A stretch of DNA of 64,000 bases from Owenia fusiformis (Eukaryota), in contig CAIIXF020000001.1 of the NCBI GenBank assembly GCA_903813345.2, forward strand, positions 27,156,001 to 27,220,000. The letters are read 5' to 3'. Below are positions 14,501 to 28,300 of the stretch, in pieces. Made by a program: the position numbers and the translations under genes. The notes beneath the pieces were generated by a model, which did not search any database, had not been told where the DNA came from, and was given only the letters and a program-made list of their open reading frames with translations. Position 1 is the first letter of the stretch; every line of letters begins with the position of its first letter.

Positions 14501-17500
14501 AGGTCCTTCAGTAGTTATTTCCACTGCTCCAGTGGTTATTTCAGCTGCTCTAGTGGTCATTTCAGCAGGATCAGTGGTTATTTCAGGTCCTTTAGTAGTT
14601 ATTTCAGCTGCACCAGTAGTAATTTCCACTGCTCCAGTGGTTATTTCAGCAGGGTCAGTAGTTATTTTAGCTGATCTTGTGGTCATTTCAGCAGGATCAG
14701 TGGTTATTTCAGCTGCCCCAGTAGTTAATTCCACTGCTGCAGTGGTTATTTCAGCAGGTGCACTGGTTATCTCAGCTGACCCAGTAGTTATTTTAACTGC
14801 TCCAGTGGTTATTTCAGCTGCTCTAGTAGTTATTTCAGCGGAATCAGTGGTTATTTCAGCTGCTCCAGTGGTCATTTCAGCTGGTGCACTGGTTATTTCA
14901 GCTGCCCTAGAAGTTATTTCCACTGCTCCAGTGGTTATTTCAGCTGCTCTAGTGGTCATTTCAGCAGGATCAGTGGTTATTTCAGGTCCTTTCGTAGTTA
15001 TTTCAGCTGCACCAGTAGTAATTTCCACTGCTCCAGTGGTTATTTCAGCAGGGTCAGTAGTTATTTTAGCTGATCTTGTGGTCATTTCAGCAGGATCAGT
15101 GGTTATTTCAGGTCCTTCAGTAGTTATTATCACTGCTCCAGTGGTTATTTCAGCTTGTGCACTGGTTATCTCAGCTGCCCCAGTAGTTATTTCCACTGCT
15201 CCAGTAGTCATTTCAGCAGGATCGGTGGTTATTTCAGCAGGGTCAGTGGTTATTTCGAATGCTCCTGTGGTCATTTCAGCAGGATCAGTGGTTATTTCAG
15301 CTGCCCCAGTAGTTATTTCCACTGCTCCAGTGGTTATTTCAGCAGGGTCAGTGGTTATTTCAGCTGCTCTAGTGGTCATTTCAGGTCCTTCAGTAGTTAT
15401 TTCAGCTGCCCCAGTAGTTATTTCCACTGCTCTAGTGGTTCTTTCAGCAGGGTCAGTGGTTATTTCAGGTCCTTCAGTAGTTATTTCAGCTGCCCCAGTA
15501 GTTATTTCCACTGCTCCAGTGGTTATTTCAGCAGGATCAGTGGTTATTTCAGCTGCCCCAGTAGTTATTTCCACTGCTCCAGTGGTTATTTCAGCAGGGT
15601 CAGTGGTTATTTCAGCTGCTCTAGTGGTCATTTCAGGTCCTTCAGTAGTTATTTCAGCTGCCCCAGTAGTTATTTCCACTGCTCTAGTGGTTCTTTCAGC
15701 AGGGTCAGTGGTTATTTCAGCTGCTCCAGTGGTCATTTCAGCAGGATCAGTGGTTATTTCAGGTCCTTCAGTAGTTATTTCAGCTGCCCCAGTAGTTATT
15801 TCCACTGCTCCAGTGGTCATTTCAGCAGGATCAGTGGTTATTTCAGGTCCTTCAGTTGTTATTTCCACTGCTCCAGTGGTTATTTCAGCTGCTCTAGTGG
15901 TCATTTCAGCAGGATCAGTGGTTATTTCAGGTCCTTCAGTAGTTATTTCAGCTGCACCAGTAGTAATTTCCACTGCTCCAGTGGTTATTTCAGCAGGGTC
16001 AGTAGTTATTTTATCTGATCTTGTGGTCATTTCAGCAGGATCAGTGGTTATTTCAGGTCCTTCAGTAGTTATTATCACTGCTCCAGTGGTTATTTCAGCT
16101 GGTGCACTGGTTATCTCAGCTGCCCCAGTAGTTATTTCCACTGCTCCAGTAGTCATTTCAGCAGGATCAGTGGTTATTTTAGCAGGGTCAGTGGTTATTT
16201 CAAATGCTCCCGTGGTCATTTCAGCAGGATCAGTGGTTATTTCAGCTGTCCCAGTAGTTATTTCCACTGCTCCAGTGGTTATTTCAGCAGGGTCAGTGGT
16301 TATTTCGGCTGCTCTAGTGGTCATTTCAGGTCCTTCAGTAGTTATTTCAGCTGCCCCAGTAGTTATTTCCACTGCTCTGGTGGTTCTTTCAGCAGGGTCA
16401 GTGGTTATTTCAGCTGCTCTAGTGGTCATTTCAGCAGGATCAGTGGTTATTTCAGGTCCTTCAGTAGTTATTTCAGCTGCCCCAGTAGTTATTTCCACTG
16501 CTCCAGTGGTTATTTCAGCAGGGTCAGTAGTTATTATAGCTGATCCAGTGGTTATTTCAACTGCTCTAGTGGTCATTTCAGCAGGATCAGTGGTTATTTC
16601 AGCTGCCCTAGTAGTTATTTCCACTGCTCCAGTGGTTATTTCAGCAGGGTCAGTGGTTATTTCAGCTGATCTTGTGGTCATTTCAGCAGGATCAGTAGTT
16701 ATCTCAGGTCCTTCGGTAGAAATTTCAGCTGCCCCAGTAGTTATTTCCACTGCTCCAGTGGTTATTTCAGCAGGGTCAGTAGTTATTTCAGCTGATCCAG
16801 TGGTTATTTCAACTGCTCCAGTGGTTATTTCAGCAGGGTCAGTTGTTATTTCAGCTTCTGCAGTGGTTATTTCAGCAGGGTCAGTGGTAATTCCAGCTTC
16901 TCCAGTGGTCATTTCTGCAGGATCAGTGGTTATTTCAGCTCCTTCAGTAGTTATTTCCACTGCTCCAGTGGTTATTTCAGCAGGGTCAGTTGTTATTTCA
17001 GCTGCTCCAGTGGTCATTTCAGCAGGATCAGTGGTTATTTCAGGTCCTTCAGTAGTTATTTCAGTTGCACCAGTAGTAATTTCCACTGCTCCAGTGGTTA
17101 TTTCAGCAGGGTCAGTATTTATTTTAGCTGATCTTGTGGTCATTTCAGCAGGATCAGTGGTTATTACAGCTCCTTCAGTAGTTATTATCATTGCTCCAGT
17201 GGTTATTTCAGCTGGTGCACTGGTTATCTCAGCTGCCCCAGTAGTTATTTCCACTGCTCCAGTAGTCATTTCAGCAGGATCAGTGGTTATTTCAGCAGGG
17301 TCAGTGGTTATTTCGAATGCTCCCGTGGTCATTTCAGCAGGATCAGTGGTTATTTCAGCAGCCCCAGTAGTTATTTCCACTGTTCCAGTGGTTATTTCAG
17401 CAGGGTCAGTAGTTATTTCAGCTGCTCTAGTGGTCATTTCAGCAGGATCAGTGGTTATTTCAGGTCCTTCAGTAGTTATTTCAGCTGCCCTAGTAGTTAT

Positions 17501-19128
17501 TTCAACTGCTCCAGTGGTTATTTCAGCAGGGTCAGTGGTTATTTCAGCTGCCCTAGTAGTTATTTCAGCGGCTCTAGTGGTCATTTCAGCAGGATCAGTG
17601 GTTATTTCAGGTCCTTCAGTAGTTATATCAGTTGCCCCAGTAGTTATTTCCACTGCTCCAGTGGTTATTTCAGCACGGTCAGTAGTTATTTTAGCTGATC
17701 CAGTGGTTATTTCAACTGCTCTAGTGGTTATTTCAGCAGGATCACTGGTTATTTCAGCTGCCCTAGTAGTTATTTCCACTGCTCCAGTGGTTATTTCAGC
17801 AGAGCCAGTGGTTATTTCAGCTGCCCTAGTAGTTATTTCCACTGCTCCAGTGGTTATTTCAGCAGGGTCAGTAGTTATTTCAGCTGATCCAGTAGTTATT
17901 TCAACTGCTCCAGTGGTCATTTCAGCAGGATCAGTGGTTATTTCAGCTGCCCTAGTAGTTATTTCCACTGTTCTAGTGGTTATTTCAGCAGGACCAGTGG
18001 TTATTTCAGGTCCTTCAGTAGTTATTTTAGCTGCCCCAGTAGTTATTTCCACTGCTCCAGTAGTTATTTCCACTGCTCCAGTGGTTATTTCAGCTGCTCC
18101 AGTGGTTATTTCAGCTGCTTCAGTTGTCATTTCAGCTGATCCAGTGGATATTTCAGCTGCTTTAGTGGTCATTTCAAGGTCAGTGGTTATTTCAGCTTGT
18201 GCACTGGTTATTTCAGCTACTTCTGTGGTAATTTCAACTGCTCCAGTGGTTATTTCAGCTGATCCAGTGGATATTTCAGCTGGTCCAGTGCTCGTTTCAG
18301 TTAGTGCACTGGTTATTTCAGCTTCTTCAGTGGTAATTTCAGCTGGTGTGCTGGTGATTTCAGGTACTTCAGTGGTCATTTCAGCAGCTCTAGTGGTTGT
18401 TTCAGCTGCTTCAGTGGTAATTGCAGCAGGGTAGGTGGTTATTTCAGCTCCTTCAGTAGTTATTTCAGCTGATCCAGTGATAATTTCAGCAGAGTCGGTG
18501 GTTATTTCAGCTCCTTCAGTAGTTATTGCAGCTGATTCAGTGGTTATTTCAGCTGGTGCAGTGGTTATTTCAGCTCCTTTTGTGGTTATGTCAGCAATGT
18601 CAGTGGTTATTTCAGGTCCTTCAGTAGTTATTTCAGCTGGTACACTGGTTATTTCAGTTCCCTTTGTGGTGATTTCATCTGGTGCACTGGTTATTTCTGC
18701 TGCTCCCGTGGTGATTTCAGCTGCTCTGGTGGATATTTCATCTGTTCGAGTGGTCATTTCAACAAGGTCAGTGGTTATTTCAGCTCCTTCAGTAGATATT
18801 TCAGCTTCTCCAGTGGTTATTTCAGCTATTTTAGTTGTGAAATCAGTATGTGCAGTGGTTCTTTCAGCTGGTGCACTGGTTATTTCAGCGGCCCCAGTGG
18901 TTACTTCAGAAGCTCCAGTGGTTACTTCAGAAGCTCCAGTGGTTACTTCAGAAGCTCTAGTGGTTACTTCAGAAGCTCTAGTGGTTATTTCAGCAGCCCC
19001 AGTGGTTACTTCAAAAGCTCTAGTGGTTACTTCAGAAGCTCCAGTGGTTATTTCAGCAGCTCCAGTGGTTTTTTCAGCTGATCCAGAGGTTATTTCAGTT
19101 GTTACAGTGGTAATTGGATCAGTGGTAT
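8545..19128 (-). CDS. Giant mucin-like protein, exon 3 (10,584 bp, 3,528 codons); about 500 heptads EITT(G/D/E/R/K)xA with an EITSAPSEITTKEA sub-domain
   Basis: Frame is open from 19128, upstream of the ORF-track Met at 18757; acceptor TACTAATttgcataccttacAG|AT with a canonical-looking branch point; donor CAAG|GTACTC at 8544-8543; phase 1-1; 21-bp unit. Confidence 0.88.
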
Positions 19129-19376
19129 CTGTAAGGTATGCAAATTAGTATTTTTTGTTAGTAACAAAGATAATCACGTTAGTAATAGACATGAATATGT
19201 ACATTACATATTAAGTGCATCAAACTCATTAGTATAACTTATTATGATATATTTGAGGTTATAAAAAGTTTAAGGTCATGAAAAGCAGTCAAAGGATGTT
19301 GAAGCTATTAAGACAAGCTTTGGTATAGGAAGCTATAGATTTATCTTAATCAAACTAAGAATGAATCTGTTAATAC

Positions 19377-22300
19377 CTAGTTGGGAAAGAGTAGATCCCA
19401 TGCTGGTGAACATTGTATTAGATCTTGTCTGGTCTATTGTGGTCATTGTGTCAGACGTTGTCTGGTCAATTGTGGTCATTGTATCAGATGTTGTCTTGGC
19501 TACTGTTGTCATTGTATCAGATGCTGTCTGACCTACGGTGGTCATTGCATCAGATGTTGTCTGGGCTACTGTGGTCATTGTGTCAGATGTTGTCTGATCT
19601 CCTGTGGTCATTGTATCAGATGTTGTCTGACCTTCTGTGGTCATTGTATCAGATGTTGTCTGAGCTACTGTGGTAATTGTGTCAGATGTTGTCTGGGCTA
19701 CTGTGGTCATTGTGTCAGATGTTGTCTGACCTTCTGTGGTCATTGTATCAGATGCTGTCTGGGCTACTGTTGTCATTGTATCAGATGTTGTCTGACCTTC
19801 TGTCGTCATTGTATCAGATGTTGTCTGACCTTCTGTGGTCATTGTATCAGATGTTGTCTGGGCTACTGTGGTCATTGAATCAGATGTTGTCTGGGCTAAT
19901 GTGGTCATTGTATCAGATGTTGTCTGGGCTACTCTTGTCATTGTATCAGATGTTGTCTGACCTTCTTTTGTCATTGTATCAGATGTTGTCTGACCTTCTG
20001 TGGTCATTGTATCAGATGTTGTCTGATCTACTGTGGTCATTAAATCAGATGTTGTCTGGTCTACTGTGGTTATTGTATCAGACGTTGTCTGGGCTACTGT
20101 GGTCAGTGTATCAGATGTTGTCTGACCTTCTGTTGTCTTTGTATCAGATGTTGTCTGGTCTACTGTGGTCATTGTATCAGATGTTATCTGGGCTACTGTT
20201 GTCATTGTATCAGATGTTGTCTGACCTTCTGTGGTCATTGTATCAGATGTTGTCTGACCTTCTGTGGTCATTGTATCAGATGTTGTGTGATCTACTGTGG
20301 TCAATTTATCAGATGTTGTCTGACCTACTGTGGTCATTGTATCAGATGTTGTCTGACCTTCTGTTGTCATTGTGTCAGATGTTGTCTGACCTTTTGTGGT
20401 CATTGTATCAGATGTTGTCTTACCTTCTGTGGTCATTGTATCAGATGTTGTCTGGGCTACTGTCGTCATTGTATCAGGTGTTGTCTGGGCTACTGTTGTC
20501 ATTGAATCAGATGTTGTCTGGGCTACTGTCGTCATTGTATCAGGTGTTGTCTGGGCTACTGTTGTCATTGAATCAGATGTTGTCTGACCTTCTGTGGTCA
20601 TTGATTCAGATGTTGTCTGACCTTCTGTGGTCATTGTGTCAGATGTTGTCTGACCTTCTGTGGTCATTGATTCAGATGTTGTCTGATCTACTGTGGTCAT
20701 TGATTCAGATGTTGTCTGATCTACTGTGGTCATTGTATCAGATGTTGTCTGACCTTCTGTGGTCATTGTATCAGATGTTGTCTGACCTACTGTGGTCATT
20801 GTATCAGATGTTGTCTGACTTACTGTGGTCATTATATCAGATGTTGTCTGGGCTTCTGTGGTCATTGTGTCAGATGTTGTCTTATCTCCTGTGGTCATTG
20901 TATCAGGTGTTGTAGGGGCCACTGTGGTCATTGTATCAGATGTTGTCTGACCTTCTGTCGTCATTGCATCAGATGTTGTCTTGGCTTCTGTGGTCGTTGT
21001 GTCAGAAGTTGTCTCATCTCCTGTGGTCATTGTATCAGATGTTATAGGGGCTACTGTGGTCATTGTATCAGATGTTGTCTGACCTACTGTTGTCATTGTA
21101 TCAGATGTTGTCTGACCTTCTGTGGTCACTGTATCAGATGTTGCCTGACCTTCTGTGGTCATTGTACCAGATGTTGTCTGACCTAATGTTGTCATTGCAT
21201 CGGATGTTGTCTGACCTTTTGTCGTCATTGTATCAGATGTTGTCTGATCTACTGTAGTCATTGAATCAGATGTTGTCTGTGCTACTGTTGTCATTGTATC
21301 AGATGTTGTCTGACTTTCTGTGGTCATTGTATCAGATGGTGTCTGACTTTCTGTGGTCATTGTATCTGATGTTGTCTGACCTTCTGTCGTCATTGTATCA
21401 GATGTTGTCTGACCTTCTGTGGTCATTGTATCAGATGTTGTCTGACCTTTTGTCGTCATTGTATCAGATGTTGTCTGATCTACTGTAGTCATTGAATCAG
21501 ATGTTGTCTGTGCTACTGTTGTCATTGTATCAGATGTTGTCTGACCTTCTGTGGTCATTGTATCAGATATTGTCTGATCTTCTGTGGTCATTGTATCAGA
21601 TATTGTCTGGGCTACTGTGGTCATTGTATCAGATGTTGTCTGACCTTCTGTGGTCATTGTATCAGCTGCTGTCTGAGCTACTGTGGTCATTGTATCAGAT
21701 ATTGTCTGACCTACTGTGGTCATTGTATCAGATGTTGTCTGGGCTACTGTGGTCATTGTATCAGATGTTGTCTGACCTTCTGTGGTCATTGTATCAGCTG
21801 TTGTCTGAGCTACTGTGGTCATTGTATCAGATATTGTTTGACCTACTGTGGTCATTGTATCAGATGTTGTCTGGGCTACTGTGGTCTTTGGATCAGATAT
21901 TGTCTGGGCTACTGTGGTCATTGTGCCAGATGTTGTCTGATCCCCAATGGTCATTGAATCAGATGTTGTCTGGGCTACTGTGGTCATTGTATCGGATGTT
22001 GTCTGACCTGCTGTCGTCATTGTATCAGATGTTTTCTGACCTTTTGTGGTCATTGTATCAGATGTTGTCTGACCTTCTGTGGTCATTGTATTAGATGTTG
22101 TCTGACCTTCTGTGGTCATTGTATCAGATCTTGTCTGGGCTACTGTGGTCATTGTGTCAGATGTTGTCTGAGCTACTGCGGTCATTGTGTCAGATGTTGT
22201 CTGATCTCCTGTGGTCATTGATTCAGATGTTGTCTGACCTTCTGTGGTCATTGTATCAGATGTTGTCTGAGCTACTGTGATCATTGTGTCAGGTGTTGTC

Positions 22301-25300
22301 TGATCTCCTGTGGTCATTGATTCAGATGTTGTCTGACCTTCTGTGGTCATTGTATCAGATGTTGCCTGACCTTCTGTGGTCATTGTACCAGATGTTGTCT
22401 GACTTAATGTTGTCATTGCATCGGATGTTGTCTGACCTTTTGTCGTCATTGTATCAGATGTTGTCTGATCTACTGTAGTCATTGAATCAGATGTTGTCTG
22501 TGCTACTGTTGTCATTGTATCAGATGTTGTCTGACCTTCTGTGGTCATTGTATCAGATGGTGTCTGACTTTCTGTGGCCATTGTATCTGATGTTGTCTGA
22601 CCTTCTGTCGTCATTGTATCAGATGTTGTCTGAGCTACTGCGGTCATTGTGTCAGATGTTGTCTGATCTCCTGTGGTCATTGATTCAGATGTTGTCTGAC
22701 CTTCTGTGGTCATTGTATCAGATGTTGCCTGACCTTCTGTGGTCATTGTACCAGATGTTGTCTGACCTAATGTTGTCATTGCATCGGATGTTGTCTGACC
22801 TTTTGTCGTCATTGTATCAGATGTTGTCTGATCTACTGTAGTCATTGAATCAGATGTTGTCTGTGCTACTGTTGTCATTGTATCAGATGTTGTCTGACCT
22901 TCTGTGGTCATTGTATCAGATGGTGTCTGACTTTCTGTGGCCATTGTATCTGATGTTGTCTGACCTTCTGTCGTCATTGTATCAGATGTTGTCTGACCTT
23001 CTGTGGTCATTGTATCAGATGTTGTCTGACCTTTTGTCATCATTGTATCAGATGTTGTCTGATCTACTGTAGTCATTGAATCAGATGTTGTCTGTGCTAC
23101 TGTTGTCATTGTATCAGATGTTGCCTGACCTTCTGTGGTCATTGTATCAGATATTGTCTGATCTTCTGTGGTCATTGTATCAGATATTGTCTGGGCTACT
23201 GTGGTCATTGTATCAGATGTTGTCTGACCTTCTGTGGTCATTGTATCAGCTGTTGTCTGAGCTACTGTGGTCATTGTATCAGATATTGTCTGACCTACTG
23301 TGGTCATTGTATCAGATGTTGTCTGGGCTTCTGTGGTCATTGTGTCAGATGTTGTCTTATCTCCTGTGGTCATTGTATCAGGTGTTGTAGGGGCCACTTT
23401 GGTCATTGTATCAGATGTTGTCTGACCTTCTGTCGTCATTGCATCAGATGTTGTCTTGGCTTCTGTGGTCGTTGTGTCAGAAGTTGTCTCATCTCCTGTG
23501 GTCATTGTATCAGATGTTATAGGGGCTACTGTGGTCATTGTATCAGATGTTGTCTGACCTACTGTTGTCATTGTATCAGATGATGTCTGACCTTCTGTGG
23601 TCACTGTATCAGATGTTGCCTGACCTTCTGTGGTCATTGTACCAGATGTTGTCTGACCTAATGTTGTCATTGTATCTGATGTTGTCTGACCTTCTGTCGT
23701 CATTGTATCAGATGTTGTCTGACCTTCTGTGGTCATTGTATCAGATGTTGTCTGACCTTTTGTCGTCATTGTATCAGATGTTGTCTGATCTACTGTAGTC
23801 ATTGAATCAGATGTTGTCTGTGCTACTGTTGTCATTGTATCAGATGTTGTCTGACCTTCTGTGGTCATTGTATCAGATGGTGTCTGACTTTCTGTGGTCA
23901 TTGTATCTGATGTTGTCTGACCTTCTGTCGTCATTGTATCAGATGTTGTCTGACCTTCTGTGGTCATTGTATCAGATGTTGTCTGACCTTTTGTCGTCAT
24001 TGTATCAGATGTTGTCTGATCTACTGTAGTCATTGAATCAGATGTTGTCTGTGCTACTGTTGTCATTGTATCAGATGTTGTCTGACCTTCTGTGGTCATT
24101 GTATCAGATATTGTCTGATCTTCTGTGGTCATTGTATCAGATATTGTCTGGGCTACTGTGGTCATTGTATCAGATGTTGTCTGACCTTCTGTGGTCATTG
24201 TATCAGCTGTTGTCTGAGCTACTGTGGTCATTGTATCAGATATTGTCTGACCTACTGTGGTCATTGTATCAGATGTTGTCTGGGCTACTGTGGTCATTGT
24301 ATCAGATGTTGTCTGACCTTCTGTGGTCATTGTATCAGCTGTTGTCTGAGCTACTGTGGTCATTGTATCAGATATTGTCTGACCTACTGTGGTCATTGTA
24401 TCAGATGTTGTCTGGGCTACTGTGGTCTTTGGATCAGATATTGTCTGGGTTACTGTGGTCATTGTGCCAGATGTTGTCTGATCCCCAATGGTCATTGAAT
24501 CAGATGTTGTCTGGGCTACTGTGGTCATTGTATCGGATGTTGTCTGACCTGCTGTCGTCATTGTATCAGATGTTTTCTGACCTTTTGTGGTCATTGTATC
24601 AGATGTTGTCTGACCTTCTGTGGTCATTGTATTAGATGTTGTCTGACCTTCTGTGGTCATTGTATCAGATCTTGTCTGGGCTACTGTGGTCATTGTGTCA
24701 GATGTTGTCTGAGCTACCGCAGTCATTGTGTCAGATGTTGTCTGATCTCCTGTGGTCATTGATTCAGATGTTGTCTGACCTTCTGTGGTCATTGTATCAG
24801 ATGTTGTCTGAGCTACTGTGGTCATTGTGTCAGGTGTTGTCTGATCTCCTGTGGTCATTGATTCAGATGTTGTCTGATCTACTGTCGTCATTGTATAAGA
24901 TGTTGTCTGACCTTCTGTTGTCATTGTATCAGATGTTGTCTGATCTTCTGTGGTCATTCTATCAGATGTTGTCTGGGCAACTGTTGTCACTGTATCAGAT
25001 GTTGTCTGACCTTCTGTCGTCTTTGTATCAAATGTTGTCTGACCTTCTGTGGTCATTGTATAAGATGTCGTCTGACCTTCTGTGGTCATTGTATAAGATG
25101 TTGTCTGACCTTCTGTGGTCATTGTATCTGATGTTGTCTGACCTTCTGTGGTCATTGTATCAGATGTTGTCTGACCTTCTGTTGTCATTGTATCAGATGT
25201 TGTCTGATCTACTGTGGTCATTGTATCAGATGTTGTCTGGGCTACTGTTGTCATTGTTTCAGATGTTGTCTGACCTTCTGTGGTCATTGTATCAGATGTT

Positions 25301-28300
25301 GTCTGACCTTCTGTGGTCATTGTATCAGATATTGTCTGATCTACTGTGGTCATTGTATCAGATGTTGTCTGATCTTCTGTGGTCATTGTATCAGATGTTG
25401 TCTGACCTTCTGTGGTCATTGTATCAGATGTTGACTGAACTTCTGTGGTCATTGCATCAGATGTTGTCTTAGCTTTTGTGGTCATTGTATCAGACGTTAT
25501 CTGACCTTCTGTGGTCATCGTATCAGATGTTGTCTGAGCAACTGTGCTCATTGTATCAGATGTTGTCTGGGCTACTGTTGTCATTGTATCAGATATTGCC
25601 TGGCCTTCTGTCGTCATTGTATCAGATGTTGTCTGGTCTCTTGTGGTCATTGTATCTAATGTTGTCTGACCTTTTGTGATCATTGTATCAGATGTTGTCT
25701 GACCTTCTGTGGTCATTGTATCAGATGTTGTCTGAGCTACTGTGGTCATTGTGTCAGATGTTGTCTGATCTCCTGTGGTCATTGATTCAGATGTTGTCTG
25801 ATCTACTGTGGTCATTGTATCAGATGTTGTCTGACCTTCTGTAGTCATTGTATCAGATGTTGTCTGACCTTCTGTGGTCATTGTATCAGATGTTGTCTGA
25901 CCTTCTGTGGTCATTGTATCAGATGTTGTCTGACCTTCTGTTGTCATTGCATCGGATGTTGTCTGTGCTACTGTTGTCATTGTATCAGATATTGTCTGGT
26001 CTATTGTGGTCATTGTATCAGATGTTGTCTGATCTACTGTGGTCATTGTATCAGATGTTGTCTGGGCTACTGTGGTCATTGTGTCAAAAGTTGTCTCATC
26101 TCCTGTGGTCATTGTATCAGATGTTGCAGGGGCTACTGTGGTGATTGTATCAGATGTTGCCTGACCTACTGTTGTCATTGTTTCAGATGTTGTCTGACCT
26201 TCTGTGGTCACTGTATCAGATGTTGCCTGACCTTCTTTGGTCATTGTATCAGATGTTGTCTGACCTAATGTTGTCATTGCATCGGATGTTGTCTTGGCTA
26301 CTGTGGTCATTGAATCAGATGGTGTCTGACTTTCTGTGGTCATTGTATCAGATGTTGTCTGACCTTCTGTGGTCATTGTATCAGATGTTGTCTGACCTTT
26401 TGTCGTCATTGTATCAGATGTTGTCTGATCTACTGTAGTCATTGAATCAGATGTTGTCTGTGCTACTGTTGTCATTGTATCAGATGTTGTCTGACCTTCT
26501 GTGGTCATTGTATCAGATGTTGTCTGACCTTCTGTGGTCATTGATTCAGATGTTGTCTGACCTTCTGTGGTCATTGTATCAGATGTTGTCTGAGCTACTG
26601 TGGTCATTGTGTCAGGTGTTGTCTGATCTCCTGTGGTCATTGTTGATTCAGATGTTGTCTGATCTACTGTCGTCATTGTATCAGATGTTGTCTGACCTTC
26701 TGTTGTCATTGTATCAGATGTTGTCTGATCTTCTGTGGTCGTTCTATCAGATGTTGTCTGGGCAACTGTTGTCACTGTATCAGATGTTGTCTGACCTTCT
26801 GTCGTCTTTGTATCAAATGTTGTCTGACCTTCTGTGGTCATTGTATCAGATGTCGTCTGACCTTCTGTGGTCATTGTATAAGATGTTGTCTGACCTTCTG
26901 TGGTCATTGTATCTGATGTTGTCTGACCTTCTGTGGTCATTGTATCAGATGTTGTCTGACCTTCTGTGGTCATTGTATCAGATGTTGTCTGACCTTCTGT
27001 GGTCATTGTATCAGATGTTGTCTGATCTACTGTGGTCATTGTATCAGATGTTGTCTGATCTTCTGTGGTCATTGTATCAGATATTGTCTGACCTTCTGTG
27101 GTCATTGTATCAGATGTTGACTGAACATCTGTGGTCATTGCATCAGATGTTGTCTTAGCTTTTGTGGTCATTGTATCAGATGTTATCTGACCTTCTGTGG
27201 TCATTGTATCAGATGTTGTCTGAGCTACTGTGGTCATTGTATCAGATGTTGTCTGGGCTACTGTTGTCATTGTATCAGATATTGCCTGACCTTCTGTCGT
27301 CATTGTATCAGATGTTGTCTGGTCTCTTGTGGTCATTGTATCTAATGTTGTCTGACCTTTTGTGATCATTGTATCAGATGTTGTCTGACCTTCTGTGGTC
27401 ATTGTATCAGATGTTGTCTGAGCTACTGTGGTCATTGTGTCAGATGTTTTCTGATCTCCTGTGGTCATTGATTCAGATGTTGTCTGATCTACTGTGGTCA
27501 TTGTATCAGATGTTGTCTGACCTTCTGTAGTCATTGTATCAGATGTTGTCTGACCTTCTGTGGTCATTGTATCAGATGTTGTCTGACCTTCTGTGGTCAT
27601 TGTATCAGATGTTGTCTGACCTTCTGTTGTCATTGTATCAGATGTTGTCTGATCTACTGTGGTCATTGTATCAGATGTTGTCTTGGCTACTGTGGTCATT
27701 GTGTCAAAAGTTGTCTCATCTCCTGTGGTCATTGTATCAGATGTTGTCTTTGCTACTGTGGTCATTGTGTCAAAAGTTGTCTCATCTCCTGTGGTGATTG
27801 TATCAGATGTTGCCTGACCTACTGTTGTCATTGTTTCAGATGTTGTCTGACCTTCTGTGGTCACTGTATCAGCTGTTGCCTGACCTTCTGTGGTCATTGT
27901 ATCAGATGTTGTCTGACCTAATGTTGTCATTGCATCGGATGTTGTCTTGGCTACTGTGGTCATTGAATCAGATGATGTCTGACTTTCTGTGGTCATTGTA
28001 TCTGATGTTGTCAGACCTTCTGTCGTCATTGTATCAGATCTTGTCTGACCTTCTGTAGTCATTGAATCAGATGTTGTCTGTGCTACTGTTGTCATTGTAT
28101 CAGATGTTGTCTGACCTTCTGTGGTCATTGTATCAGATGTTGTCTGACCTTCTGTGGTCATTTTATCAGGTGTTGTCTGAGCTACTGTGGTCATTGTATC
28201 AGATATTGCCTGACCTACTGTGGACATTGTATCAGATGTTGTCTGGGCTACTGTGGTCATTGGATCAGATATTGTCTGGGCTACTGTGGTCATTGTGTCA

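Noticed and set aside
9608-16018. Cys/Phe/Ser-rich plus-strand ORFs (WCTGYFSFFCC, GYFSCSS)
   Set aside because: Alternative antisense frames of the same 21-bp repeat; no independent start, splice or domain evidence.
5701-19148. Very long plus-strand ORFs (VVTAAPS / VVISAAP repeats, up to 2,441 aa)
   Set aside because: Antisense shadows of the repetitive minus-strand exons; they are broken by stops (near 6990, 11099, 18434), whereas the minus frame is unbroken and bounded by phase-matched splice sites.
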